Shown here: positions 24,474-38,381 of the stretch, in pieces
Layout of the letters: each line of letters starts with the position of its first letter
Numbering within the stretch: position 1 is the stretch's first letter
Assembly (NCBI RefSeq): GCF_054482595.1
Contig: NZ_CM137008.1
Strand: one strand, 5' to 3'
Length of the DNA: 64,000 nucleotides
The notes under the pieces: model-generated
What the model was told of the DNA's origin: nothing
The model's database searches: none
The model's input: only the letters and a program-made list of their open reading frames with translations
Made by a program: the position numbers and the translations under genes

Positions 24474-24524
24474 GTAGGTCTACCTCAATAATGCCATTTT
24501 AAGGTTAAAAACAGGATGAGGGAG

Positions 24525-24553
24525 AGATGGGGACAAGGGAGAATAATTTCAAG
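24525..24553 (-). promoter_or_regulatory. Sigma-32 heat-shock promoter of htpG
   Basis: Minus strand CTTGAAA (-35) ... CCCCATCT (-10), the sigma-32 consensus, upstream of htpG ATG. Confidence 0.8.
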
Positions 24554-24554
24554 C

Positions 24555-24576
24555 GAGAGCAGGTGATCCTGCTCTC
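24555..24576 (-). terminator. Hairpin after recR
   Basis: Perfect inverted repeat gagagcagg-tgat-cctgctctc immediately downstream of the recR stop. Confidence 0.6.
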
Positions 24577-24582
24577 GTTTGC

Positions 24583-25187
24583 TTAAAAACGAATCTTATG
24601 ACGCCCGGCAAGGGAGTGTGACAGCGTGGTGCCATCGACCATTTCCAGTTCGCCGCCAACCGGTACGCCATGAGCGATTCGGCTGGCTTCCACGTCATAT
24701 TGCGCGCAAAGCTCGGCAATGTAGTTAGCGGTAGCTTCACCTTCAACCGTGGGATTGGTGGCGAGGATCACTTCAGTGATTTTTTCCTCTGCCAGACGCT
24801 GTTCCAGACGATCAAGGCCGATATCATCCGGACCGATGCCGTCCAGCGGTGACAGGTGCCCCATCAACACAAAATAACGGCCTGAAAACTGCCCCGTCTG
24901 CTCAATGGCGTAGATGTCCGCCGGACTCTCCACCACACAGATTTGACCGTTTTCCTGACGACGCGGATTCGAACAGATGTTACAGACTTCCTGTTCGGTG
25001 AAAGTGCGGCAATCGGCGCAGTGGCCGATTTCCGACATCGCCCGGGTGAGCGCCTGCGCCAGACGCATCCCGCCGCTACGATCGCGCTGAAGCAGCGTGA
25101 ACGCCATACGCTGCGCCGACTTCGGGCCAACGCCCGGCAGACAGCGCAGTGCTTCCATAAGCTGTGTTAACAGCGGGCTGGTTTGCA

Positions 25188-25188
<1 letters not shown>
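24583..25188 (-). CDS. recR: Recombination protein RecR
   Basis: 201-aa ORF; N-terminal HhH, Cys4 zinc finger (CADCRTF...CNIC), Toprim domain; start overlaps ybaB stop (ATGA). Confidence 0.96.
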
Positions 25189-25532
<344 letters not shown>

Positions 25533-25569
25533 TCACGTTAAGGATGACGAACGTAAGCTGTGCTTACGA

Positions 25570-27501
25570 TCAAATGGGGCGGATACTTTCTTCATCCAGC
25601 TCCGCATCGAAGAACCGACGCAGGGTCTGAATATTATTATCCGCAATAATGGACTCGCGCGCCTGCGCAAGTTTTTCTTCGTATATCGCCTGACGCCACT
25701 CCAGCGGCGTACGCACCGCGGGATTATCATCTTCAACGATAGTCAGTTCAACCGTTGAACCTTTTAACGTGCTCAACGCTTCAGCCAGTTTTTGCTGTGC
25801 ACCGCGGTTGTTCAAATGCCGCTGAGAGGAGCGCAAATGCAGACATACTGCGTTGTCGCTCTCCTCTTTCCAGGCATTTAAGGCCACCTGTTCGACCAGT
25901 TTTGGTAGCGAAAGTTGACTCACCTGTGCCGCCCACGCGTCGCGCTCAATGGCTTCTGCCGCCAGCTTCGCCGCCAGTTCCGGCGTTTTTTCATGTTCCA
26001 GCGCTTTTTTCAGCGCCTTCGGCGTGGCGACCACTTCTTTTTGCTGCATCACTGGAGTGGTAGCCTTCCAGCGATACGCTTCTTTTTTGGCTGGCGCTTT
26101 TTCCAGCGCCGATGGCACCGGACGCGCCTGAACGCGATCGGTGACCGAAGCCAGTCTTTCCAGCGCAGCGTTATTCACCGGCCGCGCGCGGGTAGCGGCT
26201 GCCGGTTCACTCTTTTTTGCTTTGGTTGCTCCCTGCACGCGCTGCAACTGCTGGCGCGCCGCCAGCACCTGGCTGGTGGTTTCCGGGAGCGGTACAGTCG
26301 GTGCCTGCTGCGGCGCTGATTGCGGTTGCGGCGGCACCTGGGTTGGCGTCATTACTGCCGTTGGCGCGACGGGCGCAAAGGACTGGCGTGGCACTTCTGG
26401 CTCAGGCAGAGGCATACGTGGATGGAACGCCAGCGCGCGCAGCAGCGTCATCTCAACGCCCATGCGGCGGTCCGGCGCATACGGTAATTCTTTGCGACCA
26501 ATCAACAGCGTCTGATAGTAAAGCTGAATATCCGTCGGCGGTATGGTGCGCGCCAGTTCACGCATCCGCAGCTCAATGGCGGCCATGTCGTTGCCAAGTG
26601 CAGCAGGCGAAAGTTGTACCATCGCAATACGATGCAACAGGCCGAGCATTTCCACCAGCAACGCTTCCCACTCGATACCACGGGCAGCGGCTTCATTAAT
26701 CAGCGCCATTACGCGCTCGCCGTTGGCCTCGACCATCGCTTCAACCAGCGACAGCGCCTGATCGTCGTCAAGCGTACCCAGCATCGCACTGACTGCCTGG
26801 GTTGAAACCTGGCCGTCACCGCTGGCAATCGCCTGGTCGGTCAGACTTAAGGCATCTCGCAGGCTGCCTTCAGCGGCGCGCGCCAGCAATTGCAACGCCC
26901 GCGGCTCGTGAGCGATATGTTCTTCGTTGAGGATGTGCTCAAGTTGATGGCGAATTTGCTCGACATCCAGCGCCTTGAGATGAAATTGCAAACAGCGCGA
27001 CAAAATCGTCACCGGCAATTTCTGTGGATCGGTCGTCGCCAGCAGAAACTTAACGTGCTCCGGCGGCTCTTCAAGGGTTTTTAACAGTGCGTTAAAGCTG
27101 TGGCGCGACAGCATATGCACTTCGTCGATCAGATAAACTTTGAAACGACCACGCGCCGGAGCGTACTGGACGTTATCCAGCAGGTCGCGGGTATCTTCAA
27201 CTTTGGTGCGCGAGGCGGCGTCGATTTCAATCAGATCGACAAAGCGCCCCTGCTCGATTTCACGACAGTTATCGCACACGCCGCACGGCGTCGCGGTAAT
27301 GCCGGTTTCGCAGTTTAGCCCCTTCGCCAGCAGTCGGGCGATAGAGGTTTTTCCGACGCCACGGGTACCGGAAAAAAGATAAGCATGATGAATACGCCCT
27401 AACGACAAGCCGTTCGCCAGTGCGGTCAGCACATGTTCCTGGCCGACGACGTCAGCAAAGGTTTGTGGGCGCCATTTTCGGGCTAAGACCTGATAACTCA
27501 T
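25570..27501 (-). CDS. dnaX: DNA polymerase III subunits tau/gamma
   Basis: 643-aa ORF; AAA+ Walker A GTRGVGKTS, Walker B DEVH, zinc module CGVCDNC. Confidence 0.97.
   Translation of the reverse strand: MSYQVLARKWRPQTFADVVGQEHVLTALANGLSLGRIHHAYLFSGTRGVGKTSIARLLAKGLNCETGITATPCGVCDNCREIEQGRFVDLIEIDAASRTKVEDTRDLLDNVQYAPARGRFKVYLIDEVHMLSRHSFNALLKTLEEPPEHVKFLLATTDPQKLPVTILSRCLQFHLKALDVEQIRHQLEHILNEEHIAHEPRALQLLARAAEGSLRDALSLTDQAIASGDGQVSTQAVSAMLGTLDDDQALSLVEAMVEANGERVMALINEAAARGIEWEALLVEMLGLLHRIAMVQLSPAALGNDMAAIELRMRELARTIPPTDIQLYYQTLLIGRKELPYAPDRRMGVEMTLLRALAFHPRMPLPEPEVPRQSFAPVAPTAVMTPTQVPPQPQSAPQQAPTVPLPETTSQVLAARQQLQRVQGATKAKKSEPAAATRARPVNNAALERLASVTDRVQARPVPSALEKAPAKKEAYRWKATTPVMQQKEVVATPKALKKALEHEKTPELAAKLAAEAIERDAWAAQVSQLSLPKLVEQVALNAWKEESDNAVCLHLRSSQRHLNNRGAQQKLAEALSTLKGSTVELTIVEDDNPAVRTPLEWRQAIYEEKLAQARESIIADNNIQTLRRFFDAELDEESIRPI
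26205..26218 (-). other. dnaX: dnaX programmed -1 frameshift site that yields gamma
   Basis: Minus strand reads GCA AAA AAG AGU GAA: heptamer A_AAA_AAG in frame (..ATKAKKSEP..), with UGA in the -1 frame directly after. Confidence 0.9.
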
Positions 27502-27629
27502 TGGCAGGCTCTGAAACGCTGGAAGGTGGATTCACGAAGGGGTAATGCTAACACAGCCCCGTCAGAACGGCGAGGCTGAATGCACATCTTGTGCTGTCCG
27601 TAGCGTGGGCAGCACAAGACTGGCGATAA

Positions 27630-28181
27630 TTAATGGCCCGGGAACGGGACAAGGCTGTAGCTGGTAATGCCCTGTTTTTCGAGACGCTGTTCGCCGCCGA
27701 GATCGAACAGGTTGATAATGAACGCAGCGTCAGCCACTTCACCACCCAGACGACGGATCAGTTTAACGGTCGCTTCGATAGTGCCGCCGGTTGCCAGCAG
27801 ATCGTCCACCACCAGAACTTTGTCGCCCGGTTTGATGGCATCAACGTGGATCTCCAGCTGATCGGTGCCGTATTCCAGGTCGTAAGTTTCACTGATGGTT
27901 TCACGCGGCAGTTTGCCCGGTTTACGGACCGGTACAAAGCCAACGCCCAGACCCAGAGCTACCGGAGCGCCAAACAAGAAGCCACGCGCTTCGGTGCCGA
28001 CAACTTTGGTAATGCCCGCATTTTTGTAACGCTCAACCAGCAAGTCGATGCTGAGAGCGTAAGCTTTCGGGTCTTCCAGTAAGCTGGTGACATCGCGGAA
28101 AAGAATGCCGGGTTTTGGGTAGTCCTGAATGCTTTTGATGCTATTTTTGAGATACTCAAGCTGCTGTGCAGTCGCGGTCAT
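27630..28181 (-). CDS. apt: Adenine phosphoribosyltransferase
   Basis: Start trimmed to [15 protein letters not shown] (183 aa); PRPP-binding motif [13 protein letters not shown]. Confidence 0.95.
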
Positions 28182-28333
28182 AAGTGTATGCCTGCTTGTT
28201 ACGGTGGTACTCACGGCGCGTTTTAAACGTATCAAAAGTAACAGTTGTTTAACCTTTGACCGCCTGCGCCTGTGCTCGAAAACGCCAGAATGTACTGGCT
28301 GTACGCAATAATTGCAACTGCGATTGTTGTGCT

Positions 28334-28711
28334 TCAGTGCTTTTCTTGCTTTTCATCAATCACCGGAATTCGCCACATATAGAAAAGCAAACAGGCGAGA
28401 ATTACCAGCAACATGATGCGCACCCATGGCATCTGGACGAACCACAGAGAAATGGCAAACGTGAGCAAAATAAGCAAAATCGCCCGCGGTTTGACGCCGC
28501 GCGGCATCGCATGATGTTTCTGCCAGAAACGTAGATAGCTGCCAAACCATGAGCGGTACAGCAACCAGGCGTGAAAGCGCGGGGAAGAACGGGCAAAGCA
28601 CCAGGCCGCCAGCAGGATAAACGGCGTCGTCGGTAATACCGGTAATACCACGCCCAGCGTACCCAGCACTACCGCCAGCCAGCCAATGATGATTAAAATG
28701 ATTCGTTGCAT
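28334..28711 (-). CDS. ybaN: DUF454-family inner membrane protein YbaN
   Basis: 125-aa hydrophobic ORF, divergent from priC. Confidence 0.85.
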
Positions 28712-28780
28712 ATTGAGTGTTGTCAGCTTACAGAGTGGCTACTTTAGCATAACAATTATCATTTTCATTGAGGTCTTATC

Positions 28781-29308
28781 GTGAAAACCGCCCTGCTGCT
28801 GGAAAAACTGGAAGGACAGCTCGCTACGCTGCGTCAGCGTTGTGCCCCGGTAGCGCAATTTGCCACGCTAAGTGCCCGTTTTGACAGACACCTTTTTCAA
28901 ACCCGTGCGACAACACTGCAGGCTTGTCTCGATGAGGCGGGCGATAATCTGGCTGCGCTTCGTCATGCAGTTGAGCAGCAACAGCTGCCGCAAGTGGCCT
29001 GGCTGGCGGAACATCTGGCGGCACAACTGGAAGCCATCGCGCGTGAAGCCTCCGCCTGGTCATTGCGCGAGTGGGACAGTGCGCCACCGAAAATTGCCCG
29101 CTGGCAGCGTAAACGTATTCAGCATCAGGATTTTGAGCGGCGGCTACGTGAGATGGTTGCCGAACGCAGAGCCCGCCTGGCGCGGGTGACCGATCTCGTG
29201 GAACAGCAAACGCTGCATCGTGAAGTGGAAGCCTATGAAGCGCGCCTGGCACGCTGCCGCCATGCGCTGGAAAAAATCGAAAACAGGCTAGCGCGCTTAA
29301 CCCGCTAG
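28781..29308 (+). CDS. priC: Primosomal replication protein N'' (PriC)
   Basis: 175-aa basic, helical ORF in conserved position upstream of ybaM. Confidence 0.9.
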   Translation: MKTALLLEKLEGQLATLRQRCAPVAQFATLSARFDRHLFQTRATTLQACLDEAGDNLAALRHAVEQQQLPQVAWLAEHLAAQLEAIAREASAWSLREWDSAPPKIARWQRKRIQHQDFERRLREMVAERRARLARVTDLVEQQTLHREVEAYEARLARCRHALEKIENRLARLTR

Positions 29309-29321
29309 CAATGGAGAGAGT

Positions 29322-29483
29322 ATGTCACTGGAAAATGCCCCTGACGATGTCAAACTGGCTGTCGATTTGATTGTGCTGCTGGAAGAAAATCAGATCCCAG
29401 CCCGCACCGTGCTGCGCGCGCTGGATATTGTAAAACGCGATTATGAAAAGAAATTAACGCGCGATGATGAGGCGGAAAAGTGA
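29322..29483 (+). CDS. ybaM: Small protein YbaM (DUF2496), 53 aa
   Basis: Hand-translated: ATG at 29322 preceded by ggagag; encodes [53 protein letters not shown], stop at 29481-29483. Below the ORF-track size cut-off. Confidence 0.8.
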   Translation: MSLENAPDDVKLAVDLIVLLEENQIPARTVLRALDIVKRDYEKKLTRDDEAEK

Positions 29484-29509
29484 GAAATAAATGGGGCCGC
29501 TAAATGTCC

Positions 29510-29640
29510 CCTAAGATTGTGGGCAAACGCAAAACTGCCTGATGCGCTACGCTTATCAGGCCTACACCGCTCCTGCAATACATTGAATTCTTGCGGTTTC
29601 GTAGGCCGGATAAGGCGGTCACGCCGCATCCGGCATGAAC
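29510..29640. repeat. REP pair (BIME) between ybaM and mscK
   Basis: gcctgatgcgctacgcttatcaggcctac ... gtaggccggataaggcggtcacgccgcatccggca, two inverted REP units. Confidence 0.85.
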
Positions 29641-29694
29641 AACGCGCACTTTGTCAGTAATCTCGGGGCAACTAAATGTCGCCCCCTTTGGTTA

Positions 29695-32600
29695 TTACCC
29701 TACCGCTGGCGTCGGGTCATCGCCTTTGTAGTCGCGTTTGACTTCCGTCACCTCATCGCCCTTCTCGTTGTGCAGATGCACTTCAAGCTGGTTAAAGGCA
29801 ATGTTGATGTCGTTTTCACGGCACAGCTGATCGATAGTACGGTTCAGCTCATCGACAGTACGACTACGGTCACGCAGTTCACGCACATACAGACGCAGCT
29901 CATGATCCAACGTGCTGGCACCAAACGCCGTAAAGAAGACTTCCGGCATTGGTTCGTGCATCACCCTTGGGTGCTCAGTCGCCGCCTTCAGTAACACTTT
30001 ACGCACTTTTTCCAGATCGGAGCCATAGGCCACGCCGAGACGGATCACCAGACGCGTAGTAGTGTCAGTCAACGACCAGTTGATCAGACGCTCGGTAACA
30101 AACGCTTTGTTCGGGATGATCACTTCTTTGCGATCGAAATCGGTAATCGTTGTCGCACGAATACGGATCTTACTTACCGTCCCCGAGAAGCTACCAATGG
30201 TTACCGTATCGCCAATACGCACCGGACGTTCGAACAGAATGATCAAACCGGAGACGAAGTTACCGAAAATTTCTTGTAAACCAAAACCAAGACCTACGGA
30301 TAATGCTGCGGCCAGCCACTGGAGTTTATCCCAAGAGACGCCCAGCGATCCGAACACCGTCATCGCACCAACGGCAATAATGATGTAGTTAAGGATGGTA
30401 GTAATGGCATACGACGCGCCCTGACGCATATTCAGTCGCGAGAGCACCAGCACTTCCAGTAAACCAGGCAGGTTGCGAATCAACGCCCAGGCCACCATTG
30501 AGGCGATAATCGCAAACAACAGACTGCCCATGGTGACGTTTTTCACCACCGCAGCGCCAGCTTCAGTGCCGTTGTAATGCCAGAGCGTGATGCTGTCGAG
30601 ATAGCTGAACACGGTGATCAAATCGGACCAAATTGCCCAGAACATGACACCGAACAGCGCAAACATCAGCAACATGGTAATACGCAGCGTCTGCTGGTTA
30701 ACTTGCTCCAGTGCAATGGTGGGTTCTTCCGGCGGTTCGGCACCTTCTGCGCCCTCTTTCACCAGATTCTGCCGACGCGCCAGCGCACGACGCCAGGCGA
30801 TACGCCGCGCCGCTACGCTTAAGCCGCGCAATACCGTCTGGTAGAGCAAGTTCCAGATGATCACCAGATAAACGGTTTCAATCCAACGCCCGGAGAGGCG
30901 CAGCGTGGTGTAGAAATAACCCGTGGCAGTCAGCACCATCAATGCAATCGGGATAATCGACAGCACGGTAATGGTGACCAGTCGCATGGTGTGCGACTCT
31001 TTATCACGCCAGCTTTCGCGGCACATTGGCCATACCAGGAAGGCAATCAGCAGCAGGTTGAAGAAAATCATCGCCTGCCCCAGCACATCATCCATCAGAT
31101 GCAGCGGGGAAAGTTCTGCCACCACAGACCAGAAATGGATAGGCAGCAACGCGAGACTGATGCGGACAATTTGCCGACGCCAGTGGCTGGTCTGCTGCTC
31201 CGGCATGCCGAAGTGACGCACGGCAACGCCATTTTTCTCCAGTACCTTCCAGCACAGGCCAAACACCAGCCAGAAAATCGCCAGTTTTTTACTGAACGAC
31301 CATAGCAGTTCGCTGATGTTGAGCTGCATGGTCAACAGAATCAGGCCAACCGCGAGAATAATCAGGCACACCGGCAGCGCGCGGATCAGGTCGATAAGGA
31401 TCGCTTTTGGTGTGTTGAGCTGGCTATCGTTACGCAGGGAACCCACAGCGGAAGCCAGTTTCTGTTGATACGCTTTCAGCCAGCCCAGACGCCAGTGGAT
31501 CAGCCCGGCAATCAACAGCAGCGGCAAACCAGCGAGGAAAGCGATAAAAACGGCAGGCCAGGCTTTTTCCCAGTTCACCGTGATTTTCATCGACTTAAAT
31601 TCATCTTTCAGGCTTTGCGGGAACGCTTTGATCCAGTCCCAGTCCATTGGACGGTTACTGTTCACCCAAAAGATTTGCTGAGTCAGGATGGATTTCAGGT
31701 TTTTCGATACGCTCATTAACTGCTGCTGGTTGATTTGCAGGTTAATGGCCATCATCAGCTGGTTACCCAACTGTTTGTTGAGTTGATCCAGCAATTCGCG
31801 ACGCATATCAACCACTTGCAATAACGCATCGTGAACTTCGCTGTTGACTTCGTTGGTGTGACCTTCTTCCAGTTTGTTGACGAACGCATCGCTCTGGAAG
31901 AGTGCATCACGCTGCTGGTTAACTTCAAACTGTTCGAGACGCAAATCCGCGATGCGGTTGGTCATGTTTTCCAGTTCATCCGCCGAGGGCAGCGTTTGTT
32001 GTTGCTGGTAAAGGATACGAGACAACAGCAGGCTGCCCTTCAGGACGGCAATCTGCTCTTTAATATTGCGTTCCGATTGCAGCGCCCGCTCCAGCCAGTT
32101 TTTGACTTTAATGTTTTGCTGCATCAACTGATTACCGTTTTCAGTCGCGGTAATCAGACGCTGACTTAACTGCTGGTTAATTTCCAGTTCCTGTTTCACC
32201 AGCGGATTAGCCTGAATACGCGCGGCTTCATCCGGGGAGACGGCTTCCTGCGCCGTTTTTTCAGTTAAAGTCAGGCGCTTGCTGTTTACCGCTTCTTGCA
32301 ACAGCTGCAACTGGTGCTCCAGACGGGCGCTGTTCGCCGTCACGTAATCACGTTGCTTTTGCAAGGTATCCTGCAAGACGGTGTTCCCTTCCAGGCTTTT
32401 ACGCTGCTGGTCAATCTCCGCATTCAGCAACGCCTGCTGAGCCTGCATTAACACTTTCTGGCTGGGACGTAAGGCAGTCTCGCCGACATCAGTCCCATCC
32501 AGACGACTGCGAATTTGTTGCAGCTGCTGCGAAGCGTTATACATCGCATTTTGCACGCGTTCGGGCTGCGTCTGTAACGAAACCAGCTGGCTGTTATAAG

Positions 32601-33057
32601 ACGCCAGATCGTTTTGTGCGTTTTGCAAATCGTCCAGCGCCTGGGCAACGCGAGTTTCCAGCTGGCGCAACGAAAGCGTACTCAGAATTTTGCGCGTTTC
32701 TTCGTCGTTATCGACATCGCTAAGTGCTGTTAACGCCGCGGTCGCCTGGCGCATTTTTTCCGGCGCTTCAGCGACTTTTTGCCGTAGCTGAACTGTCTCT
32801 TCTTTTATGCGATCGATTTTATCGAGGGTGGCTAATGTATCTGTCAGATCCTGCTGCACCAGTTTGTCCTGAGCAGAAAGATCTTTTTGTTTATTTAGTG
32901 AGTCAAGTTGCGCCTGCAGGTCCGCTTTTGTCGGCAGATCACCATTCGATGACGCCCGCGCAAACGCCGTGTTCTGGCATAACAAGACAAAAACAAAAGC
33001 AATAAATGCTGAAAAAACAAAATGCCGTGATCGTTTGTAATACTGGAACATAGTCAT
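29695..33057 (-). CDS. mscK: Mechanosensitive channel MscK (KefA)
   Basis: 1120-aa ORF: signal peptide, long periplasmic coiled-coil region, multiple TM helices and C-terminal MscS-like domain. Confidence 0.95.
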   Translation of the reverse strand: MTMFQYYKRSRHFVFSAFIAFVFVLLCQNTAFARASSNGDLPTKADLQAQLDSLNKQKDLSAQDKLVQQDLTDTLATLDKIDRIKEETVQLRQKVAEAPEKMRQATAALTALSDVDNDEETRKILSTLSLRQLETRVAQALDDLQNAQNDLASYNSQLVSLQTQPERVQNAMYNASQQLQQIRSRLDGTDVGETALRPSQKVLMQAQQALLNAEIDQQRKSLEGNTVLQDTLQKQRDYVTANSARLEHQLQLLQEAVNSKRLTLTEKTAQEAVSPDEAARIQANPLVKQELEINQQLSQRLITATENGNQLMQQNIKVKNWLERALQSERNIKEQIAVLKGSLLLSRILYQQQQTLPSADELENMTNRIADLRLEQFEVNQQRDALFQSDAFVNKLEEGHTNEVNSEVHDALLQVVDMRRELLDQLNKQLGNQLMMAINLQINQQQLMSVSKNLKSILTQQIFWVNSNRPMDWDWIKAFPQSLKDEFKSMKITVNWEKAWPAVFIAFLAGLPLLLIAGLIHWRLGWLKAYQQKLASAVGSLRNDSQLNTPKAILIDLIRALPVCLIILAVGLILLTMQLNISELLWSFSKKLAIFWLVFGLCWKVLEKNGVAVRHFGMPEQQTSHWRRQIVRISLALLPIHFWSVVAELSPLHLMDDVLGQAMIFFNLLLIAFLVWPMCRESWRDKESHTMRLVTITVLSIIPIALMVLTATGYFYTTLRLSGRWIETVYLVIIWNLLYQTVLRGLSVAARRIAWRRALARRQNLVKEGAEGAEPPEEPTIALEQVNQQTLRITMLLMFALFGVMFWAIWSDLITVFSYLDSITLWHYNGTEAGAAVVKNVTMGSLLFAIIASMVAWALIRNLPGLLEVLVLSRLNMRQGASYAITTILNYIIIAVGAMTVFGSLGVSWDKLQWLAAALSVGLGFGLQEIFGNFVSGLIILFERPVRIGDTVTIGSFSGTVSKIRIRATTITDFDRKEVIIPNKAFVTERLINWSLTDTTTRLVIRLGVAYGSDLEKVRKVLLKAATEHPRVMHEPMPEVFFTAFGASTLDHELRLYVRELRDRSRTVDELNRTIDQLCRENDINIAFNQLEVHLHNEKGDEVTEVKRDYKGDDPTPAVG

Positions 33058-33184
33058 GATGAATGAAGGTTTCTGAACCTGAAGAACGACCTGAAAAAGT
33101 CAAACCGCAAGAATATCACGACGCAGTGAACCAGAATAGCAACGACGAAAATGTCCAGGAAAAATCCTGGAGTCAGATTCAGGG

Positions 33185-33832
33185 TTATTCGTTAGTGGCA
33201 GGATTACGAAGCGTGGGGCACAGGAGATACATCTCCAGTAAGATGGCGACGTAATCGCGGGCTTCTTTTTTAAGATCAAAAGATTGCGGGGCAAAGAGCC
33301 AGTTTTCCATCAGGCCGGAAATATAGCCGCGCATAATAATTGCTGCCCGACGCGTCATTAAATCCGCAGGCAACATTTTCGCTTCAATACAATGTTTTAA
33401 CGTTTGTTCTATACGGTCATAACTTTCCAGACAGAGATTACGTTGTGCCTGTTGCACAACAGCCATTTCTCCGACAAATTCGCATTTGTGGAATATAATC
33501 TCCATCAATAATCGACGTCGTTCTTCTGTCACCGTGGATTCAAGAACATGAATTAATATCTCTCTTAATACTGAGAGTGGATCGCCAGGGAATTTTGCCT
33601 GATACTCAAGCTCTAGTTCACCAATATTGGATTCTGACAGTTCCCAGATCTCACTGAACAAATCCGACTTGTCTTTAAAATGCCAGTAGATTGCACCGCG
33701 CGTAACGCCAGCTGCTTTTGCAATCTCGCCCAGCGAGGTGGATGATACCCCCTGCTGTGAGAAAAGACGTAGAGCCACATCGAGGATGTGTTGGCGCGTT
33801 TCTTGCGCTTCTTGTTTGGTTTTTCGTGCCAT
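33185..33832 (-). CDS. acrR: TetR-family repressor AcrR
   Basis: 215-aa ORF; N-terminal TetR HTH ([23 protein letters not shown]); divergent from acrAB. Confidence 0.96.
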
Positions 33833-33860
33833 ATGTTCGTGAATTTACAGGCGTTAGATT

Positions 33861-33884
33861 TACATACATTTGTGAATGTATGTA
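33861..33884. promoter_or_regulatory. AcrR operator palindrome in the acrR-acrA divergent promoter region
   Basis: Perfect 24-bp inverted repeat tacatacatttgtgaatgtatgta between the acrR and acrA starts. Confidence 0.85.
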
Positions 33885-33973
33885 CCATAGCACGACGATA
33901 ATATAAACGCAGCAATGGGTTTATTAACTTTTGACCATTGACCAATTTGAAATCGGACACTCGAGGTTTACAT

Positions 33974-35167
33974 ATGAACAAAAACAGAGGGTTTACGCCT
34001 CTGGCGGTCGTTCTGATGCTCTCAGGCAGCTTAGCCCTAACAGGATGTGACGACAAACAGGCCCAACAAGGTGGCCAGCAGATGCCCGCCGTTGGCGTAG
34101 TAACAGTCAAAACTGAACCTCTGCAGATCACAACCGAGCTTCCGGGTCGCACCAGTGCCTACCGGATCGCAGAAGTTCGTCCTCAAGTTAGCGGGATTAT
34201 CCTGAAGCGTAATTTCAAAGAAGGTAGCGACATCGAAGCAGGTGTCTCTCTCTATCAGATTGATCCTGCGACCTATCAGGCGACATACGACAGTGCGAAA
34301 GGTGATCTGGCGAAAGCCCAGGCTGCAGCCAATATCGCGCAATTGACGGTGAATCGTTATCAGAAACTGCTCGGTACTCAGTACATCAGTAAGCAAGAGT
34401 ACGATCAGGCTCTGGCTGATGCGCAACAGGCGAATGCTGCGGTAACTGCGGCGAAAGCTGCCGTTGAAACTGCGCGGATCAATCTGGCTTACACCAAAGT
34501 CACCTCTCCGATTAGCGGTCGCATTGGTAAGTCGAACGTGACGGAAGGCGCATTGGTACAGAACGGTCAGGCGACTGCGCTGGCAACCGTGCAGCAACTT
34601 GATCCGATCTACGTTGATGTGACCCAGTCCAGCAACGACTTCCTGCGCCTGAAACAGGAACTGGCGAATGGCACGCTGAAACAAGAGAACGGCAAAGCCA
34701 AAGTGTCGCTGATCACCAGTGACGGCATTAAGTTCCCGCAGGACGGTACGCTGGAATTCTCTGACGTTACCGTTGATCAGACCACTGGGTCTATCACCCT
34801 ACGCGCTATCTTCCCGAACCCGGATCACACTCTGCTGCCGGGTATGTTCGTGCGCGCACGTCTGGAAGAAGGGCTTAATCCAAACGCTATTTTAGTCCCG
34901 CAACAGGGCGTAACCCGTACGCCGCGTGGTGATGCCACCGTACTGGTAGTTGGCGCGGATGACAAAGTGGAAACCCGTCCGATCGTTGCAAGCCAGGCTA
35001 TTGGCGATAAGTGGCTGGTGACAGAAGGTCTGAAAGCAGGCGATCGCGTAGTAATAAGTGGGCTGCAGAAAGTGCGTCCTGGTGTCCAGGTAAAAGCACA
35101 AGAAGTTACCGCTGATAATAACCAGCAAGCCGCAAGCGGTGCTCAGCCTGAACAGTCCAAGTCTTAA
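33974..35167 (+). CDS. acrA: Multidrug efflux periplasmic adaptor AcrA (membrane fusion protein)
   Basis: Start trimmed to MNKNRGFTPLAVVLMLSGSLALTGC (lipobox LTGC); 397 aa. Confidence 0.95.
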   Translation: MNKNRGFTPLAVVLMLSGSLALTGCDDKQAQQGGQQMPAVGVVTVKTEPLQITTELPGRTSAYRIAEVRPQVSGIILKRNFKEGSDIEAGVSLYQIDPATYQATYDSAKGDLAKAQAAANIAQLTVNRYQKLLGTQYISKQEYDQALADAQQANAAVTAAKAAVETARINLAYTKVTSPISGRIGKSNVTEGALVQNGQATALATVQQLDPIYVDVTQSSNDFLRLKQELANGTLKQENGKAKVSLITSDGIKFPQDGTLEFSDVTVDQTTGSITLRAIFPNPDHTLLPGMFVRARLEEGLNPNAILVPQQGVTRTPRGDATVLVVGADDKVETRPIVASQAIGDKWLVTEGLKAGDRVVISGLQKVRPGVQVKAQEVTADNNQQAASGAQPEQSKS

Positions 35168-35186
35168 CTTAAACAGGAGCCGTTAA

Positions 35187-38339
<3,153 letters not shown>

Positions 38340-38356
38340 TACAACGTGTAATCACT

Positions 38357-38381
38357 AAGGCCGCGCAAGCGGCCTTTTTTA
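38357..38381 (+). terminator. Rho-independent terminator of acrAB
   Basis: aaggccgcgcaagcggcc followed by tttttt, 18 nt after the acrB stop. Confidence 0.85.
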
